From positions 4,157 to 68,156 of the forward strand of contig JAMDBQ010000006.1 of NCBI GenBank assembly GCA_023487445.1: DNA of 64,000 bases, in the 5' to 3' direction. The position numbers and the translations under genes were made by a program. This DNA comes from Candidatus Marsarchaeota archaeon. GTDB lineage: Archaea; Thermoproteota; Thermoprotei_A; Marsarchaeales; Marsarchaeaceae. A model generated the notes under the pieces. The model was not told the origin of the DNA and did no database searches. It was given only the letters and a program-made list of their open reading frames with translations. Below are positions 60,358 to 64,000 of the stretch, in pieces; within the stretch, counting starts at the first letter, position 1, and each line of letters opens with the position of its first letter.

Positions 60358-60464
60358 GGGCCCGTAGCTCAGCCTGGTAGAGCGGCAGGCTCATAGGCTT
60401 TCGCCGAGAGACCTGACGGTCAAGGGTTCAAAAGGCGTAATACCTGAAAATCCCTTCGGGCCCA
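60358..60464 (+). tRNA. tRNA-Met(CAU): tRNA-Met or tRNA-Ile2 (anticodon CAU), elongator-type, with two introns: canonical 37/38 (60396-60410) and T-loop 59/60 (approx 60433-60450)
   Basis: GGGCCCG TA GCTC AGCCTGGTA GAGC G GCAGG CTCATA[ggctttcgccgagag]A CCTGA CGGTC AAGGG TTCAAA[aggcgtaatacctgaaaa]T CCCTT CGGGCCC A. Removing both inserts restores a 74-nt cloverleaf with the TTCAAAT T-loop. Confidence 0.8.
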
Positions 60465-60487
60465 CCTACAATAGTGGTGCAAAACAT

Positions 60488-60766
60488 TTGGGTAGTAAAG
60501 GCAAAGTGGTTGTGGTTGCTAAGGTGTTCCCAGCTGGCGTTGAAACCGACCGCGTGAAGCTTGCGGATGAAATCAGAGCAAAGCTAAACGGCATAGCCGA
60601 AATCAAAAAGGTTGAAGACGAGGAAATAGCGTTCGGGCTCAAGGCCCTGAGAATGCACATGGTTGTACCCGAAGACATAGAAGGTGGAACAGACGTGATC
60701 GAGAACTCCGTGAGCGCTCTGCAAGGGGTAAGCAACGTCGAGATAACCCACGTCTACCGTATATAG
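60488..60766 (+). CDS. ef1b: translation elongation factor aEF-1 beta
   Basis: 92 aa; ..VVVVAKVFPAGVETD...LADEIRAKL......EDEEIAFGLKALRMHMVVPEDIEGGTDVIENSV.. Confidence 0.85.
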   Translation: MGSKGKVVVVAKVFPAGVETDRVKLADEIRAKLNGIAEIKKVEDEEIAFGLKALRMHMVVPEDIEGGTDVIENSVSALQGVSNVEITHVYRI

Positions 60767-60850
60767 GAGGGGCGCGGATCAGGATGGGAGACACCAGGTG
60801 CGTAAGACTTTTTTATTGTTGAATGAGACTTCAGTGAAAGGTGAAATTGT

Positions 60851-63061
60851 TTGTCGGCCTCCGATAAAAGCGTGAGTCCTCTGCCACCGGACGACGGCTC
60901 GGTGGTTCTTCGTGTAGCGGAGGCCAAGCAGAGAGATGTTGGAAGAAACAAGGTTCGAGTTGACTCCGACATCATGGCCAAGATAAACGTGGGCATCGGA
61001 GACGTTGTAGAAATCTACGGTAAAAGGAAAACCGTGGCGATCGTGTGGCCCGCGTACGTCGAGGACAAGGGAACAGACACGATCAGGATGGATGGGTTGA
61101 TCCGCAAGAATTGCGGCGTCAGCATCGGCGACAAAGTGGTCGTCAAAAAGATAATCCCCAAGGCGGCGTCGTCGGTTAAGCTCGCGCCTTCATCCTACTC
61201 GATAACCGTTGATCCACCGTTCATATCCTACGTCAAAAAGAAACTCGTGGACTACCCCCTCGTCGAAGGAGACACCGTGCTAATACCCGTGCTCGGACAG
61301 GCGATATCGTTCACTGTGGTGGCGGTCAAGGCAACTGACGCCGTGATGGTCACCGAGAACACCCAGATAACCATACTCGACAAGCCCACCGAAAGCAGCG
61401 GCGTCCCCCGCGTCACCTACGAAGATATAGGCGGAATGAAGGATGTGATACCCAAGGTGCGGGAGATGATTGAGCTTCCGCTACGCCACCCCGAGCTTTT
61501 CAAGCGCTTGGGAATAGAGCCGCCTAAGGGCGTGCTACTCTATGGTCCGCCGGGAAGCGGGAAGACGCTTCTTGCGAAGGCGGTTGCCAATGAAACCGAC
61601 GCTTACTTCGTGGCCATCAACGGCCCTGAGATAATGAGTAAATTCTATGGTGAAAGCGAGCAGAAGCTCAGGGAAGTGTTCGAAGACGCGAAGAAGCACG
61701 CACCCGCCATAATATTCATAGATGAACTCGACGCCATCGCCCCTAAGCGTGAGGAGGTAACGGGCGAAGTCGAGCACAGGGTTGTCGCCCAGCTTCTGAC
61801 ACTCATGGATGGACTTGAAGCGCGCGGGGACGTGATAGTGATCGGCGCAACCAACCGCGCAAACGCCCTCGACCCCGCGCTGAGAAGGCCTGGGAGATTC
61901 GACAGGGAAATCGAGATAGTTCTACCTGAAAAACAGGGTAGAATGGAGATACTTCAGATACACACGCGCAATATGCCCCTTGAAAAGGACACCGACCTCA
62001 AGAAACTCGCGGACATGACCCACGGCTACACCGGCGCAGACCTCGCAGCCTTGGCAAGGGAAGCTGCAATGAAGGCGCTAAGACGCTATCTGCCCGACAT
62101 AAACGTTGAGCAGGAAAGCATTCCGCCAGAGATACTTGAGAAGATGACGGTTAAGATGGAGGACTTCCTTTCCGCATACAAGGAGGTCGTGCCCACCGCC
62201 TTACGCGAAGTGTACATCGAAACCCCCGAGGTGCACTGGGACCAGATAGGAGGACTTGAAGACATCAGGTCGCTGCTCACCGAGTCGGTTGAGTGGCCGC
62301 TCAGGAACCCCGAAGTGTTCGAGAAGTTTGGGATAAGGCCCACGAAGGGGATACTGCTCTACGGCCCGCCGGGGTGCGGTAAAACACTCATAGCCAAGGC
62401 TGTTGCAACAGAAAGCGAAGCCAACTTCATACCCATCAAGGGGCCGGAGGTGTTCAGCAAATGGCTGGGCGAATCCGAGAAGGCGATCAGGGAGGCGTTC
62501 AGGCGCGCAAGGCAGTCTGCGCCGTGCATACTCTTCTTGGACGAGCTCGACGCCATGGCGCCGGCAAGAGGCGGAGGCTACGACGACACCGGAGCCACGG
62601 AGCGCGTGGTCACCCAGCTACTAACGGAGCTTGACGGCATGGAGAAGCTTGAGAACGTGGTGGTGATAGGCGCAACCAACCGCCCAGACATCTTGGACGC
62701 CGCGCTCCTGAGGCCTGGTAGGCTGGATAGGCTCGTGTACGTGAGCCCCCCAGATGAGAAGTCAAGGCTCGAGATACTCAAGATATACACGAAGAAGATG
62801 CAGGGCGTGGATCTTGAGAGGCTGGTCGAAGCAACCGACGGCTACAGCGGCGCCGACTTGGAGATGCTATGCAGGGAAGCGGCTCTGAGCGCGCTACGCG
62901 AAAACATTTCAAGCACCGAGGTGAAGTGGGAGCACTTCGAGCAGGCGATGAAGATAGTTCGGCCCTCGATAACCGAGGAAATGCTCAGATACTACAAGAT
63001 GTGGGGCGAGCGGGCGAGGCAGCTCAAGGGCAAGGAGCAGCCGCTTATGAACTACGCCTAG
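60851..63061 (+). CDS. cdc48: Cdc48/VCP/p97-type AAA+ ATPase
   Basis: N-domain (..LRVAEA...[10 protein letters not shown]..), D1 [15 protein letters not shown] / IIFIDELD, D2 [15 protein letters not shown] / ILFLDELD. Confidence 0.95.
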   Translation: MSASDKSVSPLPPDDGSVVLRVAEAKQRDVGRNKVRVDSDIMAKINVGIGDVVEIYGKRKTVAIVWPAYVEDKGTDTIRMDGLIRKNCGVSIGDKVVVKKIIPKAASSVKLAPSSYSITVDPPFISYVKKKLVDYPLVEGDTVLIPVLGQAISFTVVAVKATDAVMVTENTQITILDKPTESSGVPRVTYEDIGGMKDVIPKVREMIELPLRHPELFKRLGIEPPKGVLLYGPPGSGKTLLAKAVANETDAYFVAINGPEIMSKFYGESEQKLREVFEDAKKHAPAIIFIDELDAIAPKREEVTGEVEHRVVAQLLTLMDGLEARGDVIVIGATNRANALDPALRRPGRFDREIEIVLPEKQGRMEILQIHTRNMPLEKDTDLKKLADMTHGYTGADLAALAREAAMKALRRYLPDINVEQESIPPEILEKMTVKMEDFLSAYKEVVPTALREVYIETPEVHWDQIGGLEDIRSLLTESVEWPLRNPEVFEKFGIRPTKGILLYGPPGCGKTLIAKAVATESEANFIPIKGPEVFSKWLGESEKAIREAFRRARQSAPCILFLDELDAMAPARGGGYDDTGATERVVTQLLTELDGMEKLENVVVIGATNRPDILDAALLRPGRLDRLVYVSPPDEKSRLEILKIYTKKMQGVDLERLVEATDGYSGADLEMLCREAALSALRENISSTEVKWEHFEQAMKIVRPSITEEMLRYYKMWGERARQLKGKEQPLMNYA

Positions 63062-63075
63062 GAGAAAGCCCACCC

Positions 63076-63312
63076 TTGGTTTCATCGATCCTGAAAGAAG
63101 ACAAACCCGAGCACCTGATATACGAGTACCTGTGCGAGTCGGACGCCTCTGCCACGATCGAAGAGCTCCGGGAGAAACTCACAAAGGGCGGCCGGGAGTT
63201 TTCGCTCCCCCGGCTCAGGCACGCCCTGATGAGGATGGAGCTCTACGGGCTCGTCCACGTGTATGAGAGAAAGGACAACGAGTTAGTGGTGGTTCTGAAG
63301 GCGCGTTCCTGA
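63076..63312 (+). CDS. small winged-helix protein (78 aa)
   Basis: From TTG 63076: MVSSILKEDKPEHLIYEYLCESDASATIEELREKLTKGGREFSLPRLRHALMRMELYGLVHVYERKDNELVVVLKARS*. The upstream part of track ORF 62869..63312 overlaps the cdc48 3' end and is discounted. Confidence 0.45.
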   Translation: MVSSILKEDKPEHLIYEYLCESDASATIEELREKLTKGGREFSLPRLRHALMRMELYGLVHVYERKDNELVVVLKARS

Positions 63313-64000
63313 TGGGCGTGGACCTCGACGGCATAGTCTCCGCTAAACCCATCAGGTTCACCGAGCTTCCAAGAGGCGTGGTGGCCGTGGACGCGTACAA
63401 CGCGCTCTACCAGTTCCTCGCCGTGATACGCCAACCCGACGGCTCCCCCCTCACAAACGCGAAGGGGGAGGTGACAAGCCACCTGCAGGGGCTGTTTTAC
63501 CGCACAATCAACCTATTCGAGGTCGGGGTGAAACCCGTGTACGTGTTCGACGGCGAAGTTCACGAGCTCAAACGAAAAGAGCTCAGGGCTAGGGATGAGC
63601 GCAGGGAGAAGGCGGCGGCGCAGGCCGTCGCCGCCGCATCCGAGGGCAGACTGGAGGAGGCACGCTCCAAGGCCGCCCAAGCCGTCAGGATGAATAAACC
63701 CATGGCCGAGCAGGCGAAGGCGCTTCTCGGGTACATGGGTGTGCCATGGGTGCAGGCTCCATTCGAAGGCGAAGCCCAGGCTGCGAAGATAGCGAGAGAC
63801 GGCGCTGCCTACGCCTGCGGAAGCCAGGACTACGACTCCCTTCTGTTCGGAGCCCCGAAGCTGCTTCGAAACCTAACCATAGCCGGGAAAAGGAAGCTCC
63901 CCTACAGGAACCGGTACGTCGACGTCGAACCCGAGCTCGTGGAGCTCGAACTCATACTACGCGAAAACAACCTCACACACGCACAGCTAGTGGATATAGG
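63312..64000 (+). CDS. fen: flap endonuclease FEN1, 3'-partial (runs off window end)
   Basis: ATG overlaps the previous stop (TGATG). MGVDLDGIVSAKPIRF..LPRGVVAVDAYNALYQFLAVIRQPDG.PLTN..GEVTSHLQGLFYRTINL...GVKPVYVFDGE.. and ..PFEGEAQAA.. are FEN1 N and I motifs. Not in the ORF track because no stop lies inside the window. Confidence 0.9.
   Translation, partial: MGVDLDGIVSAKPIRFTELPRGVVAVDAYNALYQFLAVIRQPDGSPLTNAKGEVTSHLQGLFYRTINLFEVGVKPVYVFDGEVHELKRKELRARDERREKAAAQAVAAASEGRLEEARSKAAQAVRMNKPMAEQAKALLGYMGVPWVQAPFEGEAQAAKIARDGAAYACGSQDYDSLLFGAPKLLRNLTIAGKRKLPYRNRYVDVEPELVELELILRENNLTHAQLVDI

Noticed and set aside
1-64000. CRISPR arrays, IS elements/transposases, integrases, restriction-modification or other recognisable defence/mobile systems
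   Set aside because: I found no regularly spaced direct repeats, terminal inverted repeats with a transposase, or integrase/recombinase-like ORFs. The only exact tandem repeat seen is the 2 x 15 nt at 30402-30431.

Overview
This 64 kb window is a core chromosomal region of an archaeon. It is most consistent with a TACK/Crenarchaeota-type (Thermoproteales/Thermofilum-like) lineage: r-protein S26e is present, tRNA introns sit at non-canonical positions, and promoters look like BRE/TATA with very short leaders. All calls come from reading the ORF-track translations and the raw sequence, using motifs recalled from memory. No searches were run.

Contents:
- About 80 protein genes, almost all housekeeping:
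  - Translation and ribosome biogenesis: aIF2-beta, aIF6, aEF-1beta, Pelota, ABCE1, Pth2, NMD3, Nip7, NOG1, ProRS, PheRS alpha/beta, TruD, a Nop2/Sun methylase, and an Ncs6/TtuA-type thiolase.
  - The conserved S19e-PDCD5-L39e-L31e-aIF6-LX-PfdA-FtsY cluster.
  - Replication and repair: PCNA, Orc1/Cdc6, FEN1, DnaG, EndoQ.
  - Proteostasis: two proteasome beta subunits, thermosome, Cdc48, FKBP, prefoldin.
  - Lipid genes: G1P dehydrogenase, a CDP-alcohol transferase, geranylgeranyl reductase.
  - Cofactor genes: NMNAT, PPAT, RibL, RibK.
  - A 5-gene peptide-type ABC importer.
- RNA genes:
  - 8 tRNAs, 4 of them with introns. One is tRNA-Met with two introns; one is tRNA-Leu with an intron inside the anticodon stem.
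  - An SRP (7S) RNA abutting tRNA-Ser.
- Four sub-60-aa genes missed by the ORF track were recovered by hand: L37e, L39e, LX and SecE.

I did not find a recognisable defence, mobile or secretion system. The observations most worth follow-up are:
1. Two GC-rich, ORF-free, highly structured orphan regions flanking tRNA-His (58.7-59.1 kb and 59.9-60.4 kb). One has its own TATA box and a predicted pseudoknot, and I could not assign either to a known RNA class.
2. A GMP-synthase (ATP-PPase)-like paralogue whose catalytic motifs appear to be gone.
3. A hyper-acidic micro-ORF in tandem with a Zn-ribbon/acidic-tail protein upstream of ABCE1.
4. ORB-like boxes in front of orc1/cdc6.
5. Several conserved genes with single-nucleotide frame or start-codon problems. 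Two of these (NMD3, LX) sit at short homopolymer runs. They more likely reflect assembly indels than biology and should temper all coordinate calls.
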